A stretch of 63,788 nt of DNA, the filler included, from Chiloscyllium plagiosum (Eukaryota): NCBI RefSeq assembly GCF_004010195.1. It is 4 parts of one record of this genome, joined end to end, with 100 filler letters (N's around TTAATTAATTAA, not from the genome) between each part and the next. Parts side by side here need not be neighbours in the genome. Positions count along the whole stretch, not along the records: positions 18,692 to 38,366 come from NC_057714.1; positions 38,467 to 55,294 come from NC_057714.1; 2 more parts are not named here. One strand, 5' to 3'. The stretch's first letter is position 1, and every line of letters starts with the position of its first letter. The notes below the pieces were generated by a model. It was not told the DNA's origin, did not search any database, and was given only the letters and a program-made list of their open reading frames with translations. The position numbers were made by a program, and so were the translations under genes. This document shows positions 37,490 through 49,254 of the stretch, piece after piece.

Positions 37490-38227
37490 CTGAATTCCCA
37501 CTATTAGCATCCGAGGGATTCCCATTGTCTATAAATGGTCGACCATATAAACACTATGGCCACAAGAATGGCGTGAAGAGTGTGGGTGGACCTCATAGAA
37601 ACCTAGAACATTCTAACAAGGCTACACGTAGTAAGCATGATGTTCCTGATGACCAGAGTCCAGAACCGGGTTCACAATCTGAGGATGTGGGGTAGGCCAT
37701 TTAGAACTAAGATCAAGAGAAATTTCTTCACTCAGAGTGGTGAGCTGTGGAATTCACTACCACAGAAAGCAGTTGAGGCCAAAATATTGCATGTTTTTAA
37801 GAAAGTGTGACAGCTGTGAGGGCATCAAAGGGTATGGGGAAGAAAGTGGGAACAAAAAGTTGAACTGGATATGATCAGACATGATCATATTGAATGGCAG
37901 AGCAGACTCGAAGGATGAATGGCCTCCTCCTATTTTCTATGCTTCCTCTCCCTGACAATATCCAGGTTAGGACTGACAAGTGGCAAGCAGCATTTGTGCC
38001 AGGCATGAATATGGCCAATAAGAGTGAATCTAACTATCACTCCATGACATTCAATGGCATTACCATCCCCAACTATCAACATCCTGGAATTACCATTGAT
38101 CAGAAACTGAACTGGACTAGCCTTATAAATAGAGAAAATGAGGTCTGCAGATGCTGGAGATCAGAGATGGAAATGTGTTGCTGGAGAAGCGCAGCAGGTC
38201 AGGCAGCATCTAGGGAACAGGAGAATC

Positions 38228-38255
38228 GACGTTTCGGGCATTAGCCCTTCTTCAG
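38228..38255 (-). ncRNA. Minimal hammerhead ribozyme motif in a PLE terminal repeat (38131-38366)
   Basis: Minus strand auuc-CUGAAGA-AGGGC-UAAU-GCCC-GAAAC-GUC-gauu. Confidence 0.7.
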
Positions 38256-41200
38256 GAATGAGGAAAGTTTGTCCAGCAGGCTAAGATAAAAGATAGGGAG
38301 GAGGGACTTGGGGGAGGGGCGTCGGAAATGTGATAGGTGGAAAAAGGTCAAGGTGAGGGTGATAGGNNNNNNNNNNNNNNNNNNNNNNNNNNNNNNNNNN
38401 NNNNNNNNNNTTAATTAATTAANNNNNNNNNNNNNNNNNNNNNNNNNNNNNNNNNNNNNNNNNNNNGGATGCTGCCTGAACTGCTGTGCTTTTCCAGCAC
38501 CACTAATCCACCTCCTAACTCCTCAAAGCCTATCCATCATCTACAGGTCAGCAGTATAATGGAATGCTCACACCTGAATGAGTTCAGCTCCACAATACTC
38601 AAGGATTTTGACACCATCCAGGGCAAAGCAGCCTGCTTGATTGGCACCATATCCTCAAATAGTCACTCCCTCTATCTCCATTCTCAGTCGCAGCAGTGCA
38701 TACCATCTACAAGATGCACAACAAAAAATTCACAAAGGCCCCTCAGCTAGCGCCTTTTGAACCTATGACCGTTACCATCTAGAAGGACAAAGGCAGTAGA
38801 TATATGGGAACACCATTTCTTGCAAAACCTCGAAACCATACACCATCCTGACTTGGAAATATATTGCTGTTTCTTTAGTGTTGCTGTGTTAAAATACTGG
38901 AACTTAAATCCTGAACTGCATTGTAACATGGAGTGCAATTTTCAAGAAGGCAGCTCATCACCATCCTTGCAAGGTCATTTAGGAATGGGCAATAAATTCT
39001 GATCCAGCCATATGCTCACATCCCATGAATGAATAAAAGCAAATTTTGTACTTTTCAGTGAGATCATTCTTTTAAATGTTAAAGATTACAGACTCAGTTT
39101 CCTCAAACCAAATTGCCAACTCTAGTCAGACATGTTCAATGAATTTCCGCATATCATTTTCCATCTCTAACTATGCCATTCCCTAAAAAGCCCTTTTTCT
39201 TGCCAAAACATTTCTTTAAAAAAAACCCTAGAAGTGAAAGCATTCAAAGGAAATGTAAAACAAACAAATTCTGTTAATTCCATACAATGTTTCCCCTGAA
39301 GTTACTACAGCAGTATCGTAAGATTTTTGGGAGACTCAAGAATTCAAAGGAAAACTGGTTTGCGTTTATATGGCATACTTCATTCAAAAGGCACTTTGTA
39401 ATTTGTAGTTTTTGACATATATAGTAATTGTTCTAATGTAGGGAACACAGCAGCCAATTGGCATTGAGCAAGCTCCCACAAACAGCAGTATTGAGAAATA
39501 AGTATTGTCCAGGACATTAGGGAAAACTCTTCTACTGTTCTTCTAAGTAATGCCATGGGATCTTTTACACCCTTTTAAGTGGAGGGCAAGGTAGGCCTCT
39601 TTTTCATGTCTTGTCCAAAAGTCGGCACTCCCTCAGTCCTGCACCAGAATGTCAGTTGGGTTTTGAGCTCAAAACCAAGGGCAGGCAGTAGAGATTAGTT
39701 TAGCATCATAATCAGAACAACATCATGGGCCGAAGGGCCCGTTTGAGTTCTGTACAATTCTATGTTGTTAAGTTCTAAAACTGAGGAGTGCGAGTTAAGT
39801 CTAAAGCTAATAATGAGCTGGTTTGAAAAACACTTGCAAAAACTCTTAACAAATCTTGACATGTGAAAATAGTGTTGGGCAGAGGCTGTAAACAGCAGCC
39901 AACAAGACTTTAACAGTCACCATGTGACAGACTCTGAGTAAAGCATGGTAACTCATGATACACATCATCCCAAAAGAATCCTTAGTGTTTTTAAACACCC
40001 TAATAGACATACCATTTCTTGATTCTCCACATTTTAGTTAGATTTCTTCATGTCAAAGCCTGGGGCATGAAATTAATTTCCACCCCCTTCCTCTAGTATC
40101 CAAGTGACATATAAATATTGGCCAAGAAGGCCGCCCCTTTGCAGGATTCTTTTGGAGATGAGTCAGTCAATCTGGGCTTACCTCTTGGTAACTAAGGAGA
40201 TCTCCCAGAATTCTATTCCTTTTACAAACTACAGCCTTCATAAAAGCCAAATTTGCCAGTCACCGCATCTCTCCTGACTAAAGTTGGTATTTTGAAGTTG
40301 CAGCCTTTGACTTCAGTTTGGTTTCTTAATTTATACTTAAAACAATATCTACCTTTTTAATTAATTCCCAGGAAAAAGCATTAGTAATATGTATTTGCCC
40401 ATCCCTTGTTTCCTTGGTTACGGCTCTGGGCGACTTCAGAGGACAATGGGTGTGGACTACAATCACATGAAGGTGCGGACCATAAGTAAGTATGGAAGGT
40501 TTCCTTCCTTATATAACTTAGTAAGTATCATTTTCATCTGTGAGTCAGAAAGTTGTATGTGCAAGATCCATTTCAGGCATGTGAGTACATAAACCCAAAG
40601 TTGACTTTCCTAATACAGTACAGAGGGAATGCTGCACTATTAGAGATGTCTTTCTTCAAGTAAGGCATCATGTCAAAACCCTGTTCTGTCTCTCAAGTAG
40701 ACATAAATGATACTCAGGGCCCTATTTCAACAGAGGTGGTAAGTTCTTAGTAGTATCCTGTTCAATGTTTTTCCCTCAATTGACACCCTAAAGTAACATC
40801 TGGTTATTATCGAATTGCAGTTTTGTGGGAACTTGCTATGTGTAAACTGGCTGCCACATTTCCTACATTTTAGCAGAGATGGCAATTCAGAAAGAGCTTA
40901 ATTGGCTGTGAAGTGCTTTGGAGCCTCCTGTGGGGCTGGAAGGTGCTATAAATACATGTCTTTCTATTCTCTGAGTACAAAAATTCTCCCTATTTCTTTA
41001 GATTTTTCTGCTAAATAAACGGATTTTTTATGCTCTGGTTTCTGACTGTCCTCCAAGTGGAAACAGTTTGTCTCCATTTTATCAAAACCCTGCTGGATTT
41101 TTACACTTCCGTTAAGTCATTCTTTAATTTTCTGTATTGTACAATGTCATCCTAAGTTTTGTTTTACTCTTTCTTAGGTTGTAAGTATCACCACGACTAA

Positions 41201-43115
41201 CATTGTATCCACACAGCACGTGGCATCCTTATGGGTGAACTCTCTCTTTTGTAAAGTTAAGATACACATATGTGCCAGATGATCTCTGATAATGGCCTTG
41301 AATTGTCAGAGAGGCAGAGTCACACTGACAACTGAGGAACAATATCTGTCATTCCGCACTCCTACCCTGTGCTCTTGAGCAGTTGCCCTACACACTCTGA
41401 TCATAATCATCCCATGTGTAACTGTCAGAAAATATTTGGAGTACAGGCAATAATGAGAAGGAATGTGCTAGAAATAAACCAAGTAAAATCCACATGAGAA
41501 ATAGGAATTGTTTAATTCATTACAGAAATTGCCATAGAGGTAGTTAGAATTTCCTCTAGTGCTGTTAGTTACTTTTCCAGAAAACTAGATTGCAGAGGGA
41601 ACAGTAGTGGGTTAATATAATGCTACTGCTCCCTGAGTGCAAAAGTGAAACATGAATATTGCCTCTTCACTACAAATCTGGCACTATAACCGAACCTCCC
41701 ACCCCACACCTTTCTCACTGGCATGCAATTGTTCTCAGTAAATGACAAGTAATGGTGAATTTTAATGGGATTTATGATGCCTACTCAGAATTTGGCTGTG
41801 CAATGAAAGGCATTATTGTTGGTTGGCCACTTTGACATTAGGTTAAACACAGAAGAAAGAAACTAATAATGGAGCTGCTGTTGTCATGCCAATGAAAGCC
41901 TTTTGGTGAAGCATTTTCCACAAAAAATTATCTGGGAAAGTATATATTCTAGTTTCACTAATTGCAGGTATTGGATATACCGTTTTTCTATACCTTTAAG
42001 ATGTAGAATGAACTTTTCTTCATTCTCACCTGCATGGTTTATCCCAGAGCTAAGAAAGTCTAGCTTGAGGCCTACATGTCAGGACTTCAGATCAGAAGCT
42101 TATTCTACCAGGTCTGAAGCCTGTTGTGGCAGGTTGGTCTGTGACCTGTTCTGTCGGTTTCAAAACTGTTGTGTGCTCACAGAAACTGAGAGTCCTACTA
42201 GGATGGACTGCTCGCACCTCGGCCAGCTCATCAGGAGGTTCAGGAAGGTGACTTGCTCCATCATTGTTTAGAGAAATGCCTTTTCTTTGTCCCTGGTTGT
42301 CTTTTATGTACTGTGGCTTGCCATAATCATGACCTTTGGGGTCATTGTTGGTGAAACTTAAGGATTAAGGGAGAAGCTACTACAGAATTACCCACCATAT
42401 GGAGCAACCACCTTTCCAAGGCAAATAAATGCCAGCTTACTGCTGACACCTATATATCTCATGAGTGATTTTTAAAAAAAAAATCTGAAAGACAAGATTA
42501 TCAGATCATTAACTCGTTGCTGTTTGTGAAAGGTTGCTCTGTGTCATTTGGCAGCCATGTGTACTACATTTGTATCATATTTCAAACATTAATTAACCAA
42601 CTGTAACAACTTTAAGGTATCCTGAAATCAGGAAATGTGGTGTAAAGGAATGCCTTTATTTCTTCCTTGTAGGTTGTCTTAACCTTAATAAATTTCTTTG
42701 TGATATTCAACCTGAAATGAGGTCGTCTTTTTCCTAATTTTCCCAATATCCTTCTCAACATTGATAGGCAACAAGTGATTATCTCTCTTGCCCTGTGGTT
42801 TTGTGGTTGCTCGCTCCTCTCTGGAACATTAAAATGACAGGCCCTTACTCACATGGAACCCAGATTGGTGAACTATTTCATAGTGGTCCAATACCCTCCA
42901 AACCAGCCTCCCAGCTTCTACCTACCACAAACCTGAGTCTAAAACTCTGCTCTAGATTAGAGTGGTGCTGGAAAAGCACAGCAGTTCAGGCAGCATCCGA
43001 GGAGCAGGAAAATTTGCTGCCTGGCTCACATCAAGTCCCAGTTACTCATCAATCCTTTGCTCACAAGCTTGAACATATCAGTTTTCAAATTCCCATCCAT
43101 GTTTTCAGATGCCTC

Positions 43116-43450
43116 TGGTGGCACAGTGGTAATGTTTATTGGATTAGTAATCCAGAGGCCCCGGCTAATGCTCTAAGGGCATGGGTTCAAACCCACCATG
43201 GCAGCCGGTTAAATTTGAATAATATCTGTGGAATATAAAGTCTTAGAATGAATTAGTGTAAAAGCCCATCTGATTCACCAGACCCCTTTTGGTCAGATAT
43301 GTGTAATCTTTGTCTAGTCTGGCTGTGACTTCAGACCCATAGCTGCTCTCTGAAATGGTCCAGCAAACCACTTAGCTTAAGGGTAATTAAGAATGGGTAC
43401 AGATGCTGGTCTTGCCAACGATGCCCAAGTCACATGAACTAATAAAAAAA
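43116..43450 (+). mobile_element. tRNA-derived SINE (second family)
   Basis: A-box-like tggcacagtgg, B-box-like gggttcaaaccc, and a LINE-like tail (gctggtcttgccaacgatgccc...aataaaaaaa). Confidence 0.6.
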
Positions 43451-45610
43451 AAAGTATTCTTGAGAACAAGGATTTACTTTTGTTTCTGAATCCGGCCTAT
43501 TTGTGAAACAAAACTCACAGAGACTTAACTGATTTTCAAGTCACTCTGCACGTCACTCAGTATCAACCTGCTATGATAAAGCTCCATCTGCATGGATTGC
43601 AGTTGTTCAGGAAGGCAGCTTACCATCACTATTTAAAGAGTAATTGGGCAATAAATGTTTGTCATTGTCTCGTTGCTATTTGCAGGATTTTGTCCTCTGC
43701 AAATTGATTACCATACTTCCAACATTACAATATCAGTAACTACATTTCAAAAGTTACTTCATTGGCTGTAAATTGCCTTTCAATGTCTGCTGGTTGTAAG
43801 AAACCTTTTTGATTTGTTTTTATCTCCAAAAATCTCTTATTCTGAATTGCCGACCTTCTGCTGATAGTTGATTCAAGCCTTTCCTATCCTTTTCTCATTG
43901 CAACCCCTTTCCTCCTCAAATTGTACATCTTCTGATAGGTTTTCAAATCTGGAGCCTGAGGGTCGTATTCAATGAACCACTGTTGTGTTCCTGTTAAAAG
44001 AACTGAGTATATGATGAGCCAAGGAACAGGATGATAGTACATGACCAGCAACAACGAGGAGTCCCAGAAGCAGGATGTCATTCAGAGCATGTGTACATAA
44101 TTTTTAAAAATTCATTCATGGGATGAAGGCATCGCCAGCAGTTATTGCCTATCCCTAATTGCCCTTAAGAAGGTGGTGATGAGCTGCCTCTTTGAACCGC
44201 TGCAATCTACTTGCTGCGGCTTGACCCACAATGCCTTTAGGGAGGGAATTATTTAGCTGTGTACCTGCAAGTTATCAGTTTGTCTGTTAAGTAAACCTTG
44301 TTGAGATTTTCAAGTGGATTAAACCTATACTGCTCACCAATCAGGTCTGAGGATTATAATTCTGTGTTAAGGAAAATAGCATAACAGTCAGTCTAGGTTC
44401 CCAACTCTCCAAGATTTCTCTGGTGTTTTCTGGAAGTTCACTTCCTGTGAGCAGTCACCCAGGAGAAAAATCCATAGGGACATGAAAAATGAAAAAGTTT
44501 ATAAAACATTTTCCTTTGTTTTATTTATTATAATATATTTGGACTGGGGGATAAATGGTGCTTGACTGGAGAAGGTAGTTATGCAGGTGGAATTCATCCA
44601 ACCTTCTAACAACACCATCTAGAAGTCATACTTACAGTTTAAAAAAGATTTCATCTCATAGGGGACACAGTTCACTGCACAGAGATCTTTTAGATCCCAG
44701 TTATAAAGGTTCTCATTGCAGAATCAGCCCTTCCAACTATTTGACCACATCACCGTGTTGATCTAAACTAGTTTCACTGCACATACCTTTCTATTATTAC
44801 CCCAAGAAGACTTCAATCCATTCTGAAAACTGAATAACACAAAAGGGGAGGGGCTTGTAAACATTTCATTACTACCTTGTCTGCCAACATTCCTCAATTA
44901 TATTCTGTCTTATCCTCCTCACACCAGTTATTCAGTGTATTGTAATTACAGTCAGAGTGAAATGAAACAACTTGATTTTTAAAAGTTCATGGGATATGAG
45001 TATCGTTGGATGGCCCAGTAATTATTGCCCATCCCTAATTGTCCTGTACTTAGTGGTGGGTTGCTTTTAGAAAGGGAGTTCAGAATTTCGAACTATTGAT
45101 CATGAAGGATTGGTGATGTAGTTCCAAGTCAGGAGAGAATGTGTCTTGAACAGGAAATGAAATTAATGTTGCTCCCATGCATCTTCAACCCTTGTTCATT
45201 TAGGTGGTGGAGGTCACTAGGTTTGGAAGGCGCTGTTGAAAGAGTTTTCTTGTGTATGGTATACGTGTCACCTTTAAAAAGAACGCGAGGGGCAACCTTT
45301 TCCACACCGTGGGTAGTTCCTGTGTGGCCAGGACTACCAGAGGAAGTGGTAGATACAGGTACAGTTACAACATTTAAAAGACAGCTGGACATGAATAGGA
45401 AAGGTTTAGAAGGATATGAGCCAAGTGTAGGCAAATGGGACTAGTTTAGTTTGGGAAGCTTGATCGGCATGGATGAGTTGGATTGAGGGTCAGTTTCCAT
45501 GCTGCATAACTCTATGACTAACCATTTGGTACACTCATATCATGTAGGGAAGGAAATCTGCCATCCTTATGTGGTCTGGCTTACATGTTATTCCAACCCC
45601 ACAACAATGT

Positions 45611-48057
45611 TTGCGATTTTTGAGAAGATTTGTAGCTCAGGTTGAAGTTCAGGTTGTAAGTTTGCTTGTTGAGTTGATAGGTTTCACCATGCTAGGTAAT
45701 ATCATCAGTGAGCCTCTGGTGAAGCGCTGGTGTTCTATCACGCTTTCTATTTATGTGTCTTGGTCTGTTAAGATGGGTGATATAATTTCCGGTTCTTTTC
45801 CTCAGAGGTTGGTAAATGGTGTCTGAATCAACGTGTTTGTTGATGGAGTTCCAGTTTGAATGCCTGACCTCTAGGAATTCCCATGTGTGTCACTGTTCAG
45901 CCTATCCTAGATGGATATGGTGTCCTTCTTCATCTGTGTGTAAGGATACTAGTGATATCTGGTCATGTTTTTTGGTGGCTCGTTGGTGTTCGTGTATCCT
46001 GGTGGCTAAGTTTCCTGCCTGTCTGATGTAGTGTTTGTTGCAGTCCTTGCAGGGTATTTTGTAAATGACATTCGTTTTACTGGTTGCTGGTACAGTATCC
46101 TTTAGGTTCATCAATAGCTCTTTCAGTGTGTTGGTAGGTTTGTGGGCTACCCTGATGCCAAGGAGTCAGTGTAGTCTGGTAGTCATCTCCAAGATACCTT
46201 TGATGTATGGTAGTGTGGCTAGAGGGTCTGGGCATGTTGTGTCTTCTTGTTTGTGTTTATAGTTTAAGAATCTGCAGACTGTGTTTATTTGGTACCTGTT
46301 GTTCTTGAATACACTGTATAGGTATTTTTCTTCTGCCGCTCCTGAGTTCCTGAGTGCTGCAGTGTGTTGTGGCCCATTTAAATAATGTTGATGCAGATGT
46401 TTTTGTGGGTGTTGGGATGATTGCTCCTGTAGTTAAGTATCTGGTCTATGTGTGTTGCTTTCCTGTAGATGTTGGTCTGCAGTTCTCCATTGACTGTTTG
46501 TTCCACTGTGACATCACAGTTGGGCTGAAGGGCCTGTTTCCACACTGTAGGGGATCTAATCTAATCTATCAAATGACTGGGCTATTGTGGGCGGCACAGT
46601 GGCACAGTGGTTAGCACTGCTGCCTCACAGCGCCAGAGACCCGGGTTCAATCTTTTGCCTGAAACGTTGATTTTCCTGCTCCTCGGATGCTGCCTGACCT
46701 GCTGTGCTTTTCCATCACCACTCTGTTCTAAACATCTAGGAAGGAGAGTCTGTTGTTGTTCTCTTCCTCTTCGGTGAAATTTCTGCCAGGAAGGATGTTG
46801 TTAATGATAATGTAGGTTTCTTCGAATTTGTTCCGTTTTGTGATAACAGAGCTTGGGTTGGAACTTGGGGAGGGTTGTTTATTTAAGTCTGCTGCATTAC
46901 TGCTTCTGCTAAGAATCCTGATATTAGTGATCCTGTGGATGTCCCATTGATTTCTTTATAGGTCTTGTTGTTGAAGGTGAAGTGGGTAATTAGGCACAGG
47001 TCTACTACCTTGAGGATGCTGTCCTTGCTGATGGAGTTGGTGCTGTCTGGTGTTTGAATCCTTGGTTCGTCTGGTAGTGAGGTCAATGTTGCTTTGGCCA
47101 AGCTGATGTTAATTGATGTGAATAGGACCTTTACTTCGAAGGAGACCATGACTTTGTCCTCTTCTGTCTTGGTGTCTTTGATGATTTTAAGGAATTCGTA
47201 AGTGGAGTGGATGGAGTGCCATGAGTCTTATACTAGGTATTTCAGTTTACATGAATTTCCTTTGCCGGCCTGTATGTCATGTACCAGGGTGTGAGACTAT
47301 GGGTCTGAGGTAAGGCCATGGTTTGTGTACCTTAGGTAATCTGTAGAAGCGGTGTGTGTTTGGAGCTCTGTCTTGGTAATTTCGCCTGATTTATGGAGTT
47401 TCTTCAGTGTCGCTGCGATATGGTTTTTTAGCTGTGGAGTCGAGTCTTTTGGAGTTACCACCTGTTGGTAGGTTTTGTTATTTGTGAGCAGTGAGTTCCC
47501 CCTTTCAATGAACTATGTTCTGTTTAAGATGATGGTAATGCGCCCTTTGACTGCAGGTAGGATTATAATATTTCTTCCTTCTCTGAGTCCTCCTAGGGCT
47601 TTCTTTTCCAATGTGTTGAGGGTGTTCCCTTCTTTCTTCCAAAGATTGAAACCTAATAGATTCAACACTAGCCACCAGAATACACGAACACCAACTAGCC
47701 ACCAAAAGACATGACCAGCTATCACTAGTATCCTTATACACAGACGAAGAAGGACACCACTTCAACTGGGACAACACATCCATCCTAGGACAGGCTAAAC
47801 AGAGACATGCATGGGAATTCCTAGAAGCCTGGGATTCTAACTGGAATTCCACTGATAAACACATCAATTTGGACCCAATTTACCAACCTCTAAGAAAAAG
47901 AACCAGAAATGATATCATACACCTTAACAGACCAAGGCCAATGAATAGAAAGCAGGACAGAACACAAGGGCTTCATCGGAGGCTCACTGATGATTTACCT
48001 AGCATGGTGACAAAACATCTGAGAGCAAACCTACCAGTTCAGTGAGCAAACTTACAA
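45611..48057 (-). mobile_element. Penelope-like retroelement: decayed RT + GIY-YIG body (minus) with an inverted 3' repeat at its 5' end (~47664-48057, plus)
   Basis: Minus-strand motifs IILPAVKGRITIILN, MVSFEVKVLFTSI, FTFNNKTYKEINGT and NVIYKIPCKDCNKHYI. 12-bp TSD ccacaacaatgt at 45599-45610 and 48058-48069. Degenerate hammerheads at ~45682-45708 (-) and ~47986-48020 (+). Confidence 0.9.
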
Positions 48058-48372
48058 CCACAACAATGTGTTTGACCCATAACTGCTGTATGAGTCATTA
48101 AGGATGAGCAATGATTGCTGTCTAAGCCAGTGAGACCCACATCCTTTGAACAATATTTTAAAAATAGCCCCACTCCATCCCCGCGCCCATTCATCCCGTC
48201 CCGTCCAGTCCAGGAAGGCTGTGTATTTTGACATTCCTGATGTCCAAAGCGTAATTCTCCTTGGATGCTGCCTGACCTGCTGTGCTTTTCCAGCGCTACA
48301 CTTTTCGACTCTGTATTTTGGTATGCACTGGTTGACTGAAGAGTCTGTATCCATGCTGTATTACTCTATGAG

Positions 48373-48765
48373 GAGAAAGTGAGGACTGCAGATGCTGGAG
48401 ATCAGAGCTGAAAATGTGTTGCTGGAAAAGCGCAGCAGGTCAGGCAGCATCCAAGGAACAGGAGATTTTTTTTTATTTAGGAACTGGATGTCCATGGTGA
48501 AGATAAGGCATTGGGGACCGGGGAAGCGAAAATCATGGAGGAGGTGGAGGGCGTGGGTGGAGTCCCGAACATAGGTGGGGAGTTCTTGGACTAAGGGGGA
48601 CAGGACCGTGTCGAGGTATGCAGAGATGAGTTCGGTGGGGCAGGAGCAGGCTGAGACAATGGGTCGGCCGGGGTTTTCTGAAGAAGGGCTTATCCTTGGA
48701 TTCTCCTGTTCCTTGGATGCTGCCTGACCTGCTGCGCTTTTCCAGCAACACATTTTCAGCTCTGG
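48373..48765 (-). mobile_element. Internally deleted Penelope-like element (inverted ends + short RT fragment)
   Basis: Exact 13-bp TSD attactctatgag (48360-48372 and 48766-48778). The interior encodes PGRPIVSACSCPTELISAYLDTVLSPLVQELPTYVRDSTHAL...IFTMDI, PLE RT motifs. Confidence 0.85.
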
Positions 48766-49254
48766 ATTACTCTATGAGTATGACAGAAAAATATTAATAT
48801 ATTCCAAGTTGACTGATGTGGGCAATGGGAGTAAACTCACAAACCTTTAATGATCTTTATCTGTTGAACACAAGAGAAACTTAAGCCAAGCCTTTACAAC
48901 ATCAGTTTCTCGTTTGCAGAGCAAGCCACAGGGGAATTGTAAAGGAGCAGCATTTAAACAGCATCTGGATGGGTATATGAATAGGAAGGGTTTAGAGGGA
49001 TATGGCCAAGTGCTGGCAAATGGAACTAGATTAGGTTAGGGTATGTGGTTGGTTTGGACGAGGTGGACCAAAGGGTCAGTTTCCGTGCTGTACTTCTCTA
49101 TGACTGGATGACTGGCATGGACACAATGGGCCTCTTTCCCTGCTATAAAATTCTATGACTGGCTTGTGCCATACATTTTCACTGTTTCTAAAGTTGAGTC
49201 TGAGTGCAAATGATTGAAAATTGAATTTAAATTCATCACTGGAGATGTGACTTC

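Larger units (their letters stand above)
36115..39036 (+). mobile_element. Fragmented CR1/L2-clade LINE (second family) with several nested insertions and a gap
   Basis: Degenerate CAPKLAMSLAKLFQ, NYHLHQ/PISLLSIISKVME, MFTDNC, IDQKLNWTS and DTIQGKAACLIG segments in colinear order. Confidence 0.7.

Noticed and set aside
44008..44095. C/D-box snoRNA (ATGATGA at ~44011)
   Set aside because: No properly placed terminal CTGA D box or closing stem.
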